Positions 19,016 to 29,447 of a stretch of DNA of 64,000 nt are shown here, piece after piece; the stretch's first letter is position 1, and each line of letters opens with the position of its first letter. Origin of the DNA: Candidatus Aenigmatarchaeota archaeon (lineage in GTDB: Archaea; Aenigmatarchaeota; Aenigmatarchaeia; CG10238-14; SpSt-28); assembly GCA_038733315.1 (NCBI GenBank), contig JAVYPJ010000001.1:39863-103862 (forward strand), read 5' to 3'. The position numbers and the translations under genes are program-made. The notes below the pieces were generated by a model. It was not told the DNA's origin. It did not search any database and worked only from the letters and a program-made list of their open reading frames with translations.

Positions 19016-19616
19016 TAAAAAATTGTTTTTTATAATATTTTCTATAATACTGGAGTTTAATATTATCTTTTCTCAAATTAATTTCGGAAGTTATCAATAT
19101 GAAAAAATATTAGAAGTTAAAAACGAAACTCTTTTAACTTCAAAAATTTTGATTTGGAATTCTGGCAAAAATGATATTGAAGTTGTTTTTGAAATAATTG
19201 AAAAACCGAAAAATGTTGAAGTGTATTTAGATAAAAAAGAGATTATATTAAGCTCCGAGCTAAAAAACGATTATGAAATTTTAATAATAAATAATAGAGA
19301 GATAAAGGTGCTTCCAGTAAATGTATATTTTTACATTTTAAGTAAAGATGCTAGTGGATATGTTAAAATAAGAGCTTACGCAAAAAGTTTAGAAAATGCA
19401 GAAATACCTATAAGACAAGAAAGAGAATTCCTATTTATAATAAATAAGGTTGAAGATAGTAAAAAAGAAAAAGTAGAAACCAAACTTACTGAAAAAATAA
19501 TAGAAAGCATATCGAATTCTATAAAGGAAAATCCTACAAATATTTTGCCAGTAATAATAATAGTAATTTCTGTTTTAGCTTCATTAATAATACTTAAAAG
19601 AAAAGGTTCTGAATGA
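19002..19616 (+). CDS. Membrane-anchored single Ig/PapD-like domain protein
   Basis: Signal peptide; ILIWNSGK; C-terminal TM plus KRK. Confidence 0.65.
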   Translation: MNCLNKKLFFIIFSIILEFNIIFSQINFGSYQYEKILEVKNETLLTSKILIWNSGKNDIEVVFEIIEKPKNVEVYLDKKEIILSSELKNDYEILIINNREIKVLPVNVYFYILSKDASGYVKIRAYAKSLENAEIPIRQEREFLFIINKVEDSKKEKVETKLTEKIIESISNSIKENPTNILPVIIIVISVLASLIILKRKGSE

Positions 19617-19636
19617 TTTACTTAAGTAAATAAATT

Positions 19637-22279
19637 ATGATAGAAATAATTAAAGCAAAAGATATAAAGAATGATAAAGAAATTCTAAATTTACTTACCC
19701 CTTACTTTAAAAAATGGTTTGAAAAGAAGTTTAAAGGAAAATTAACATTGCCACAAAAATATTCAATACCATTAATAAAAAAAGGAAAAAACGTTTTAAT
19801 TACTTCTCCAACAGGAAGTGGAAAAACATTAGCATGTTTTGCATCTATATTAGATTATTTATTTAGATTGGCTGAAAAAAATGAATTAAAAGATAAAGTT
19901 TATTGCATTTATGTTTCTCCTTTAAGAGCTTTAGATAATGATATAAAAAGAAATTTAGAAATTCCTTTAAAAGAAGTAAGGGAAATTGCAGAAAAAGAAT
20001 TTGGAATAAATTTACAAGAAATAAGAATTTCGATTAGAACTGGAGATACAAAAGCTAGCGAAAAACAAAAACAATTAAAATATCCGCCACATATTCTAAT
20101 AACTACTCCAGAAACTTTGGCAATAATTTTAAATTCTTTAAAATTTAAAGAAAAGCTTAAAGATGTAAAATTTGTAATAGTTGATGAAATTCATGAATTA
20201 GCAAATAATAAGAGAGGGATTCATTTATCAATAAGCTTAGAAAGATTAGAAAATTTTGTAGGAAAGAAAATTCAAAGAATTGGAATTGGAGCTACGTTAG
20301 AGCCATTAGAAGAGGCAGCGAAATTCTTAGTTGGAAATAATAGAGAATGTATTGTAATAGATGCAAGATTTGTTAAAAATAGCGACATTAAAGTTTTAAT
20401 TCCATCAAACAAACTAATCTTGGAAAATGCGGAAGAAATAAATAAAAAAATGTATAAATTAATAGATGAATTAGTTGAAAAGCATAGAACTACTTTAATA
20501 TTTACAAATACAAGAAGCGGGGCAGAAAAAGTTCATTTACATTTAAAGCAATTATTTCCATCTAAATATTTAGATGGAATTACTGGAGTACATCATTCTA
20601 GTATAAGCAGAGATATAAGATTTGAAGTTGAAGAAAAATTAAAAAATGGAAAGTTAAAAGTAGTGGTTTCTAGTACTAGCTTAGAATTGGGAATTGATAT
20701 TGGTTATGTTGATTTAGTAATTCAAATAGGAAGTGCTAAAAGTGTTTCGAGATTAATGCAAAGAATAGGAAGAGCAGGTCATAGCTTGCATGCAATTTCA
20801 AAAGGAAGAGTTATATGCTTAGATAGAGATGATTTAGTTGAAAATGTTGTAATGGTTGCAATGAGTAAAAAATATTGGTTAGATAAGTTTCATATGCCAA
20901 AAAATTGCTTAGATGTTTTAGCTCAGCATTTAGTTGGAATGGCTTGCGAAAAAAAGTGGAATATAAATGAAGCTTATGAATTAATAAAGAAAGCCTATCC
21001 TTTTAAAGATTTAAGTTTTGAAGATTTTATAAATACTTTAAAATATTTAGCTGGTTATTATCATACCTTAGAAGATTATAAAGTTTATGGAAAAATTTGG
21101 TTAGATTTAAATGAAAACAAATTTGGAAGAAAAAAAGCTGCAAGAGTTATATATACATTAAATATAGGAACTATTCCAGAAGAAGTAAAAATAAAAGTTA
21201 AAACGTTAGATGGAAAGTTTTGTGGATATATTGAAGAAGGATTTTTAGAAAGATTAAGCGCTGGGGATATTTTCATTTTAGGTGGAAAAACTTATGAATT
21301 TATTAAAGCTATTAGAGATGTTGCGTATGTAAAAGAAGTAAAAGAAAAGAAACCAACAATTCCTAGTTGGTTTAGCGAACAATTGCCACTAAATTTTGAT
21401 TTAGCAATAGAAATTGGAAAGTTTAGAGAAAAAATGTTTAAAATGTTAGAGAAGAAAACAAGCAAGAAAAAAATAATTGAATTTTTAAAAAAGGAATATT
21501 TTTGTGAGGAAAATGTTGCAAATGAAATATATAATTATTTTGAGTTAGAATATAAATTTCTTAAAAAACATGGAATAGAAAACTTTCCTTCACATAAAGT
21601 TATTCTTGTAGAAAGTTTTTTTGATGAAAAAGGTCAAAATATTGTTTTTCATACATTATATGGAAGAAGAGTTAACGATGCATTAAGTAGAGCATATGCA
21701 TACGCAATATCAAAACACTTAAATAAAAGTATTAGAGTATCTATAAGCGATAATGGATTTATACTAACTATACCTCTTGAAAATAAAAAAGAAAAATTTA
21801 ATGTTGAAGAAATTATTAATTTGGTAAATTCTAGAAATTTAGAAGAATTAGTGAAGAATTCCTTAAAAAACACTGAATTAATAAAGAGAAAGTTTAGACA
21901 TGTAGCTTCTAGAAGTTTTATGATTTTAAGAAATTATAAAGGATATGAAATTAGCTTAGAAAAACAGCAAATGAGCGCAGAAAGATTAATTAAAATAGTT
22001 CATGAATTAGAGAATGAATTTCCAGTATTAAAAGAAACTTATAGAGAAATATTAGAAGATTATATGGATTTACCAAAGGTAAAAGAAATCTTAGAAAAAA
22101 TGGAAAACGGAGAAATAGAGTTTGAATTTATAGAAAGTGAAGTTCCATCGCCTTTTGCTCATAATTTAATTGCAATAAGCGAAAGCGATGTAGTTTTAAT
22201 GGAAGATAGAAGAAAACTTATACTAAAATTATATAAGAAAGTTCTTGAAAAAATTAACAACGATAAAAATAGGTTTTGA
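19637..22279 (+). CDS. lhr: Lhr-family ATP-dependent SF2 helicase
   Basis: SPTGSGKT, SPLRALDND, IRTGDT, VDEIH, SLELGIDIG, QRIGRAGH, IPSWFSE. Confidence 0.95.
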   Translation: MIEIIKAKDIKNDKEILNLLTPYFKKWFEKKFKGKLTLPQKYSIPLIKKGKNVLITSPTGSGKTLACFASILDYLFRLAEKNELKDKVYCIYVSPLRALDNDIKRNLEIPLKEVREIAEKEFGINLQEIRISIRTGDTKASEKQKQLKYPPHILITTPETLAIILNSLKFKEKLKDVKFVIVDEIHELANNKRGIHLSISLERLENFVGKKIQRIGIGATLEPLEEAAKFLVGNNRECIVIDARFVKNSDIKVLIPSNKLILENAEEINKKMYKLIDELVEKHRTTLIFTNTRSGAEKVHLHLKQLFPSKYLDGITGVHHSSISRDIRFEVEEKLKNGKLKVVVSSTSLELGIDIGYVDLVIQIGSAKSVSRLMQRIGRAGHSLHAISKGRVICLDRDDLVENVVMVAMSKKYWLDKFHMPKNCLDVLAQHLVGMACEKKWNINEAYELIKKAYPFKDLSFEDFINTLKYLAGYYHTLEDYKVYGKIWLDLNENKFGRKKAARVIYTLNIGTIPEEVKIKVKTLDGKFCGYIEEGFLERLSAGDIFILGGKTYEFIKAIRDVAYVKEVKEKKPTIPSWFSEQLPLNFDLAIEIGKFREKMFKMLEKKTSKKKIIEFLKKEYFCEENVANEIYNYFELEYKFLKKHGIENFPSHKVILVESFFDEKGQNIVFHTLYGRRVNDALSRAYAYAISKHLNKSIRVSISDNGFILTIPLENKKEKFNVEEIINLVNSRNLEELVKNSLKNTELIKRKFRHVASRSFMILRNYKGYEISLEKQQMSAERLIKIVHELENEFPVLKETYREILEDYMDLPKVKEILEKMENGEIEFEFIESEVPSPFAHNLIAISESDVVLMEDRRKLILKLYKKVLEKINNDKNRF

Positions 22280-22286
22280 AATATTT

Positions 22287-22746
22287 TTACTTAAATTTTT
22301 TTATTTCTAAATTAAATCTTTGAGCAATAAGTTTTGCACGCTCAGACCCTTTCTCACTTTTATACTTCTCTAGCACCTTCCTTGCCGCTTCTTCAACCTT
22401 ATCTCTTCCTAAGTTAGATAGTTCCGCTATATACGCTGCTTTGAGGTATTCCTCTTTCTTTATACATTCATAGTAAACTGTTTCCGCCGCCTTCCTTATT
22501 TCCTCTTCAGGCAGTTTAAATAGTTCTTTAACTATATCCGCAGCTCCATAATTACCTTCTTCTAGACATTTTCCAAACTCGAATAGAGTTTTTTTTTCTA
22601 ATCATATCTTTATCTAACTTGAATACACTCGCAATTGCATACGCGCGATCATAATCACAATTTTTCATACTGTTTTTAAACTCTTCCTCAGCTCTATTAT
22701 TTATATTGCTGGTTTTATCCGTGCCTTCAAAAAACATACCTTTCAT
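22287..22746 (-). pseudogene. Four-unit 34-aa TPR-like helical repeat gene interrupted by a frameshift in an A9 run (22589-22597)
   Basis: Removing one A joins the 22552-22767 ORF to an open frame ending TAA at 22287-22289, giving about 152 aa with continuous 34-aa periodicity. Confidence 0.7.
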
Positions 22747-22850
22747 ATCTAAAATAATCGTGTGCAAACATTAAAATATACTTATGTTTTAAACTCTTTC
22801 GTATAAGGACTATTTTCTATAGAATATAATTTTTTATAATATGTTAAATT

Positions 22851-23546
22851 ATGAAAAAAATTTCTATAATAATACCAACTAGGAACGAAGAAAAATCTAT
22901 TGCAAAAGTCTTAAGGTCTATACCAAAAGAAGTTAAAAAAATTTCTGAAATTATAGTGGTAGATTCCTCAGAAGATAAAACACCGATAATAGCAAAAAAA
23001 CTTGGAGCAAAAGTTGTTAAAGCAGAAAAAAGAGGTAAAGGTTATGCGATGAGATTAGGCGCTGAAATTGCTAAGGGAGATATCTTAATATTTTTAGATG
23101 GAGATTGTACTGATCCACCGGAATATATTTCAAAAATTTTGGAAAAAATTAAAGATTACGATATGATATTATGCTCAAAAAATCCCTTTGATAAAAACTC
23201 CGAAAAAAGATACAAAATAATATATTCTTGGTACATACCTTTTGTAAGAAGTTTATTTAGACTTGCCGGATTCAAAATAAAATATCATCCATTAACTGGA
23301 TATAGAGCTATAAAAAAGGATGCTTGGAAAAAAATAAATCCAACTTCTAATGATTTTTTAATAGAGACTGAAATAAATCTAAGAGCCGCTGAGTTAAATT
23401 TAAGAGTTTCTGAAATTCCTGTGCCAATACTAAAAAGAGGTGGTGGATTTTTTAGTAGTAAATTGGTTAGAAATCCAAGACAATTAATAAGAATTTTTAC
23501 ATACATTTTTAAATACATTCTAAGGAAATGGTTTACCAAAAAATGA
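22851..23546 (+). CDS. GT2 glycosyltransferase (DPM1-like)
   Basis: SIIIPTRNEE, IIVVD, RGKGYA, FLDGD, TGYRAI. Confidence 0.9.
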   Translation: MKKISIIIPTRNEEKSIAKVLRSIPKEVKKISEIIVVDSSEDKTPIIAKKLGAKVVKAEKRGKGYAMRLGAEIAKGDILIFLDGDCTDPPEYISKILEKIKDYDMILCSKNPFDKNSEKRYKIIYSWYIPFVRSLFRLAGFKIKYHPLTGYRAIKKDAWKKINPTSNDFLIETEINLRAAELNLRVSEIPVPILKRGGGFFSSKLVRNPRQLIRIFTYIFKYILRKWFTKK

Positions 23547-23590
23547 ATTAGTTCTTAGTTTTTAATATATATTTTTTTAATATATATTTT

Positions 23591-24676
23591 ATGAGAATCG
23601 AAACAATAATAGCAATGATAGCTATAATAGTGATTTTCCCAGTAATATCTCTAGCAGAAATACAGGAACAACAAAGGATAGGTCAAGAAAGAGTATCAGT
23701 AATTTCTAGCTATAGAGAGTGTAAAGTAGATTTAGATTGTAAAGACTTATATTGTCCTCAAGTAGTTGGAATGGACACTCCAAGATGTAAAGAGTATAGA
23801 TGCGTATGTGGGCCAAATCCAAAAATAGACGTAACAAAAATTAATTATACATTAATAGACAGATGCTTAAGAATAAGAGCAGAAATAAGAGAAAGAATAA
23901 AAGCAGGAAATATAAGCGAAGCTGAAATGCTACAAATAAGAGAGAGATATAGAGAATGCTTACCTCAAGTAGAAATAACTTCCGAAAATATTACAAATAA
24001 AATTAGAGAAATAGAGAAAAAATATATTGAAGAAAAGAGAAATATAACTGCAAGTTTTGTAGAGGCTATTAAAGAAATTAATGAAATGAAAATAGATTTG
24101 ATATTAAATAAAGAGCTGACTGGAAAAGAATTATCTGAAAAGATAAGAGAAATTAATGAAAAAAGAAAAGAAATAGTTAAGGATTATGTTGAGAAGATAC
24201 ACGAGCTTAATTTAGCTAGGAGAGAAGAGCTGAAAGAAGCTGTAGACGAAATAAGAATTCATAGAAAAGTCGAAGTTAATGGCGTTTTAGTAAATGTCTC
24301 TAGAATCGTAATAAAAGTAAATGATAAAGAAGTAGAGATAAAGCCAGGAGACAATGTTACAATTAGTGTAGAAGGTGTAATGGCAAAAAGTAAAATTAAT
24401 ATAAAAGTAAAAAATGAAACGATTATAGATGAGGAAACGAATAAAACAATAAATGTAACTCCAGAAAGAGTTAGAGAGAGGATAAAAGAAAAGATAAAAG
24501 AAATGATTTTAGAAAGAAAAGGAAATATGATAGTTTATAGTGTAAGTTCTGAAAAACCTGGAAGAATATTGGGATTAATTCCAGTAAATGTTGAAATAAA
24601 CTATGAAATTTCAGCAGAAGATGGAAAAGAAATTTCAATAAAAAAGCCTTGGTGGAGCTTCTTAGTAATTGGATAA
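23591..24676 (+). CDS. Secreted protein: Cys-rich module, coiled coil, C-terminal PWW domain
   Basis: Signal peptide; ECKVDLDC...CP...C...CVCG; GRILGLIPV...ISAEDG...KKPWWSFL. Confidence 0.7.
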   Translation: MRIETIIAMIAIIVIFPVISLAEIQEQQRIGQERVSVISSYRECKVDLDCKDLYCPQVVGMDTPRCKEYRCVCGPNPKIDVTKINYTLIDRCLRIRAEIRERIKAGNISEAEMLQIRERYRECLPQVEITSENITNKIREIEKKYIEEKRNITASFVEAIKEINEMKIDLILNKELTGKELSEKIREINEKRKEIVKDYVEKIHELNLARREELKEAVDEIRIHRKVEVNGVLVNVSRIVIKVNDKEVEIKPGDNVTISVEGVMAKSKINIKVKNETIIDEETNKTINVTPERVRERIKEKIKEMILERKGNMIVYSVSSEKPGRILGLIPVNVEINYEISAEDGKEISIKKPWWSFLVIG

Positions 24677-24700
24677 ATCCTTTCAATTTTTTATTTTTTT

Positions 24701-25894
24701 ATGAAAAGTTCAACGCAAAAAATTTTTTTATTAATACTATTTTTTGGGTTAATTAGTTTATTTGGGGATTTAATATATGAAAGTGCAAGAAGTATTAACG
24801 GCCAATATCTTCTACTCTTAGGAGCAACAGCATCTATAATAGGTTTCTTTGTTGGCTTAGGAGAGTTTCTAAGCAATTTTCTTAGGTTTGTTTTTGGATT
24901 TTTAGCAGATAGAGTTAAAAATTATTGGATTTTTATTTTTATAGGCTATTCTTTCCTAATTTTTGTTCCATTAATGTTTTTTGCAAATAATTGGCAAATA
25001 GCAATTTTATTTATAATATTTGAAAGGATAGGTAAAGCTATTAGAAATCCTGCAAGGGATACTATTGTATCTATAATTTCAGAAAGAACAAAGAGTATAG
25101 GTTTTAATTTTGGAATTATTGAATTTCTTGACCAAATAGGAGCATTAATAGGCCCTATAATTATTGCTATAGTCTTTCTTTTTTATGTAGAAAGTGCTAT
25201 TGATAAATATAAAAAAGTATATTTATTTTTATTCATTCCATTTTTAATCTTAATTTTCTTACTTTTAGCTGCGTATTTGAAAACAAAAAATTTAAGGATT
25301 AGTACTAAAAAACCGATAAACAGAAATACTTCAAAAATTTTTTGGTACTATAATTTGTTTATATTTTTAGCGTCATTAGGATTTATACATTTTGCAATTT
25401 TGGGATATCACTTTAAGCTAAAAAATATTGCTGAAGATTACTTTATTGTTTTTCTTTATTCCATAGCGATGATATCTGATGCAATAATTTCTCCAATTAT
25501 TGGAAGAATTTACGATAGAATAAAGGAAAAGAGAAAATCTTTTCTTGATTTATTTTTTATTATTCCAATACTTAGCATTTCTATACCTTTTTTAGTTTTT
25601 GTTAATAAAATTGAAACAATAATTCTTAGCATGATATTTTATGGTTTTGTTTTAGGAATGCAAGAGACTATAATGAGAGCCACAATTGCAGATATTACTT
25701 CAATTTCAAAAAGAGGCTCTGCATATGGAATTTTTTCATTTACCCTTGGTATTTCAGCGTTTTTAGGCTCAACAATAATAGGAATTCTCTACGAAATATC
25801 TATTCTATATTTATTCATTTTTATTGTCATTTCTCAAGTTTTAGCGTTAATAATACTAATAGCAATTAGAAATGAGTTTAAGAATTATTTTTAA
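24701..25894 (+). CDS. MFS transporter
   Basis: About 12 TM helices; GFLADR, ERIGKAIRNPARD, GRIYDR, KRGSAYG. Confidence 0.9.
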   Translation: MKSSTQKIFLLILFFGLISLFGDLIYESARSINGQYLLLLGATASIIGFFVGLGEFLSNFLRFVFGFLADRVKNYWIFIFIGYSFLIFVPLMFFANNWQIAILFIIFERIGKAIRNPARDTIVSIISERTKSIGFNFGIIEFLDQIGALIGPIIIAIVFLFYVESAIDKYKKVYLFLFIPFLILIFLLLAAYLKTKNLRISTKKPINRNTSKIFWYYNLFIFLASLGFIHFAILGYHFKLKNIAEDYFIVFLYSIAMISDAIISPIIGRIYDRIKEKRKSFLDLFFIIPILSISIPFLVFVNKIETIILSMIFYGFVLGMQETIMRATIADITSISKRGSAYGIFSFTLGISAFLGSTIIGILYEISILYLFIFIVISQVLALIILIAIRNEFKNYF

Positions 25895-28800
25895 TATTTT
25901 CTAAAATTTTTTTCAAATCGTTTTTAACCTTATATAGTTTTTCTTTAAGTTTTGCACGATTTCCCTCAAAAAATTCATAATAATTTCCATCTTTTATTTT
26001 TATCTCTAAGTATCCATAAGGTGTTTTTAATTTTTCTATTTCTTCTGAAAGATCTGTTATTTTCTGGTATTCAAAATCTATTCCTCTAAGATATATATTT
26101 GAATTTTCAATCTTTAGCTCTAAGCCGGGATATTCTAAGGAATAGGTATATAAAGATGAATTTATAAATTCTATTTCTTTTTTGAAAAAACTTTCAAAAA
26201 TTCTCAAAAAATATTCCGCCGCACTAACAATTTTTTGAGCTATCGGAATTTCAAGAATAGATTTAGTTATATTTACCTCTTTTTGATATTCTATTTCGAA
26301 ATATTTTACTTTAACTAAATATTTTCCTTCGTCTAAAATATAGATTAGCTTAGAGTTATCATATACTTCTTTTTCCTCTTTTAATACACTTTTGTTCTCT
26401 TTAAAAATTTCTATGTAGATTTTTCTTGGAACATTAGAATACACATCGATATAAACTTTGTCTTTAATAGAATAAATATCTATTACTTTGAAAGAGTCGT
26501 TATAAATAAGTTCTATTTCAAAATCTTTTAATAAAATTGTTTTGTTATTATTGAATGTTGCTGGATAGATATTTAAATAAATTTCTTGAATATCGTTTGT
26601 ATTATTTACTAAAACTAAGCTATAGAATTCTGTTAAGTTTGATAGCGGGAATGTTTCATTTAATACTATAAAGGAATAATTGACATTATAGTTTTTTAAA
26701 GATTTGAATTGTGGCAACTCAATTTTTTCTTGTAAAACATAAAAAATTGAAAAATTACTAAAATAAACGTTTGTATAATTGCAAGTAAAAGATGTGTAAT
26801 TTGTATTATTGAAAGTAAAATTTATTATTGAACATATATTATTAAAACTAAGTTTAATTTTTGGATTGCTAATGTAATTCTTAGTATAATATAAAGGTTT
26901 TGATTCGTTAATTATTTTAAAAGACTCTCCTATAAAAACTATTGAATGTAGCCAATCCTCTATTTTCTTCTTATATTCATCTGAAAAGATATATATTAAT
27001 TGAGCTGGATTTATTCCTAAAAGAGAAGCTCTTTCAGAATTTATTGCTTCCTTAAAAGATTTCGAAAGAGTGTAGTTATATTCTAAAACTCTTGAAAAGA
27101 TATGAGTTATATCTGATGCTGAAATAAGAGTAGTATGATTTTTATATCCTACTTTTGTAAAAGATTTTATATATGGTAAGGTATTTTCAAAATTGTTTAT
27201 ACTTGCGTCAAAAACTATTTCTACGAATGGTAATTTTTCTGCTTCTATTTCCTCTTTGTAAGTTTTGTTTGTAGGTAAAAGGTATTTTTCTTTATATGTA
27301 GGTGTTAGAATAAAAAGAATTGAGGAATTATTTAAGTATTTAATAAGATTGGTTGAGTTTATTGGTTCTAAAATTTTTATTGGATCCGTCTCTATTTCGA
27401 AAAATAACCTTGTTAATATTCCAGAAATTTCAACTATGTTTCTAAGAAAACTTAAAGCTTCTGGAAAAGATAGAGTCTCTTCTGAAAATATTGACTCCTT
27501 AAGTTTATTAATTAACTCTAATAAATCGTCGCTTGTAAATCTTTTTTCTGTTATTCTGTTTACTGTATAATCGTTATTTTTTAATTTGTTTTTTATTTCT
27601 AATACAAAATGCATAAAGCCAGACTTTAGAAATAATTCGGAGATATCACTCTCATTTACTATATCTAAGTACGATTGTGCTATCAATACGCTTTTATTTA
27701 ATTTAGATAATCTCTTAGCTTCTGTTTGTAAGCTTATTTCCTCAATCGAACAACATAATCTTCTTATTGGAAAGTCTTGAAAATTATCGTCGTTTAGGTC
27801 TGCATATGGGGAGTCGCTATAAATCGTTAAATCCTTAGTTATTCTTAGGGGATATTGTGGTATTTGTGAGTAATTACCGATAATTATAATTTCTGGTTCT
27901 ATTGTTGAGAGCATGTTCATTAATCTTAATGTTTCGTAGGTTTGTTTTATTGAAGACTTTATTTCTAGAGGATTTGAAGAGTTGATAAATAAGGGGAAGC
28001 AGTCGTAAAGAAAGGCATAACGAGAAGCTAAAGCTGATGATATAAGAAAATTGGAATTAGATATAGTTATGCACTTATATGAAAATTTACTATCATTTAT
28101 GAGCCTGCCATAAAATTCTTCTAAAGAAAGTAACGCATCTCCATTGTTGAATATTTGGCTTTCTTCAACTTTATCTAAAATAGTGAGCTTTTTATTGTAT
28201 TTCCCAGAAAAAAATATTCCAGCATATATTATATTACGCGATACGTAAAAATCTTCTATCCCCTTATAATAATTATATACAAATTCATTCGTAAGACTTG
28301 CGGTTTCGAAATCATACTTCTTTAAAAAACTATTAAATTCACGAGTATAATTCTCAGAAAACGTTAAAAGTATCGGCAATTTAGAAAATAGAAATTCTTC
28401 AGATGAAGTTAAAAAGATTATAGGTTTGTTTATAAATAGGAAATTTATCTTTAAATCTTCCTCTTCTCTATAGTAATCTCTAATAAAGAGTTTATTTATT
28501 GTTGCCCATCCATCACACCAATGAAGAAAACCAACTATATTAAGTTCCTCTTTACTCAATAATAAGATTGATTGATTAGAAAGTGTAAATATTTTTTCTC
28601 CATTAATTAAAAGTTCTATAGAATCGTTCCATATTCTAAATCTAGAAACAATAGTTTTAGAGGGTAAGCTATACGTATTTAAATGATAATAATCCATACT
28701 CCCAATATTAGCCCCATAAGCACATCCCCTACCTTTGCATGCACCCCCAAGAAATGATGGAATATCCCAATACCATCTTATATTTTTAGTCAAATTTATT

Positions 28801-29447
28801 GGAGTGAGGTTGCCCACAAAACTACAAACTCCATTAGAGACTCTACCTGTTATTTCACTTTGCATCTTTATCACAGAAATTATTTCTTTTTTCTGTGGAA
28901 TAATTTTATTTTTAGAAACTATCATACCAACATCCTCAATTGGTGGACTACATTTTTTTACCGATATATTTAAACCGTCAGAAGAAAGGTAAATTTCTGT
29001 ATTATTACCAACAAAAAACCACCACCTATCATTTAGGCGGGAGAAATTAATAGTAGTATAATCTTCCGAAAATAAAAAGATTTCTCTCCAATCAATAAAT
29101 GACGTGTACCTTCCATCCTCCATTATTAAAACATAAATCTCGTCGCTAGATAGAGATGGTAAAAAATTTAGTCTAAGATAAATCTCTATATAATTCTCTC
29201 TACAATCTCCTGTAAGAGTATAGTATAGAATGCCCTGAGATTGTGAGTAAAAAGTTAAGTTTTTACAATAACTAGCAATTAATCCGCTAGAATTAAGCGT
29301 TAAAAAAATTGTATAATTTTTAAAATCTATTCTAGTAGGATTTTCTATTTTTATTTTTCCAATTAAAAAAACTTCTGAAAGTACAAAAGATTGATAAAAA
29401 ATCGACAAAATTAAGAATAATAAAAAACGTCTATAGTAAAGTTTCAT
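25878..29447 (-). CDS. Large secreted protein: DUF2341-like N-terminus plus degenerate peptidase C25 (gingipain-like) domain
   Basis: KIKIEN...YTIFLTLN...LTFY...IYLRL; IIIGNYSQIP...SDSPYADLNDDNFQDFPIRRL. Confidence 0.6.
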   Translation of the reverse strand: MKLYYRRFLLFLILSIFYQSFVLSEVFLIGKIKIENPTRIDFKNYTIFLTLNSSGLIASYCKNLTFYSQSQGILYYTLTGDCRENYIEIYLRLNFLPSLSSDEIYVLIMEDGRYTSFIDWREIFLFSEDYTTINFSRLNDRWWFFVGNNTEIYLSSDGLNISVKKCSPPIEDVGMIVSKNKIIPQKKEIISVIKMQSEITGRVSNGVCSFVGNLTPINLTKNIRWYWDIPSFLGGACKGRGCAYGANIGSMDYYHLNTYSLPSKTIVSRFRIWNDSIELLINGEKIFTLSNQSILLLSKEELNIVGFLHWCDGWATINKLFIRDYYREEEDLKINFLFINKPIIFLTSSEEFLFSKLPILLTFSENYTREFNSFLKKYDFETASLTNEFVYNYYKGIEDFYVSRNIIYAGIFFSGKYNKKLTILDKVEESQIFNNGDALLSLEEFYGRLINDSKFSYKCITISNSNFLISSALASRYAFLYDCFPLFINSSNPLEIKSSIKQTYETLRLMNMLSTIEPEIIIIGNYSQIPQYPLRITKDLTIYSDSPYADLNDDNFQDFPIRRLCCSIEEISLQTEAKRLSKLNKSVLIAQSYLDIVNESDISELFLKSGFMHFVLEIKNKLKNNDYTVNRITEKRFTSDDLLELINKLKESIFSEETLSFPEALSFLRNIVEISGILTRLFFEIETDPIKILEPINSTNLIKYLNNSSILFILTPTYKEKYLLPTNKTYKEEIEAEKLPFVEIVFDASINNFENTLPYIKSFTKVGYKNHTTLISASDITHIFSRVLEYNYTLSKSFKEAINSERASLLGINPAQLIYIFSDEYKKKIEDWLHSIVFIGESFKIINESKPLYYTKNYISNPKIKLSFNNICSIINFTFNNTNYTSFTCNYTNVYFSNFSIFYVLQEKIELPQFKSLKNYNVNYSFIVLNETFPLSNLTEFYSLVLVNNTNDIQEIYLNIYPATFNNNKTILLKDFEIELIYNDSFKVIDIYSIKDKVYIDVYSNVPRKIYIEIFKENKSVLKEEKEVYDNSKLIYILDEGKYLVKVKYFEIEYQKEVNITKSILEIPIAQKIVSAAEYFLRIFESFFKKEIEFINSSLYTYSLEYPGLELKIENSNIYLRGIDFEYQKITDLSEEIEKLKTPYGYLEIKIKDGNYYEFFEGNRAKLKEKLYKVKNDLKKILENIKNNS

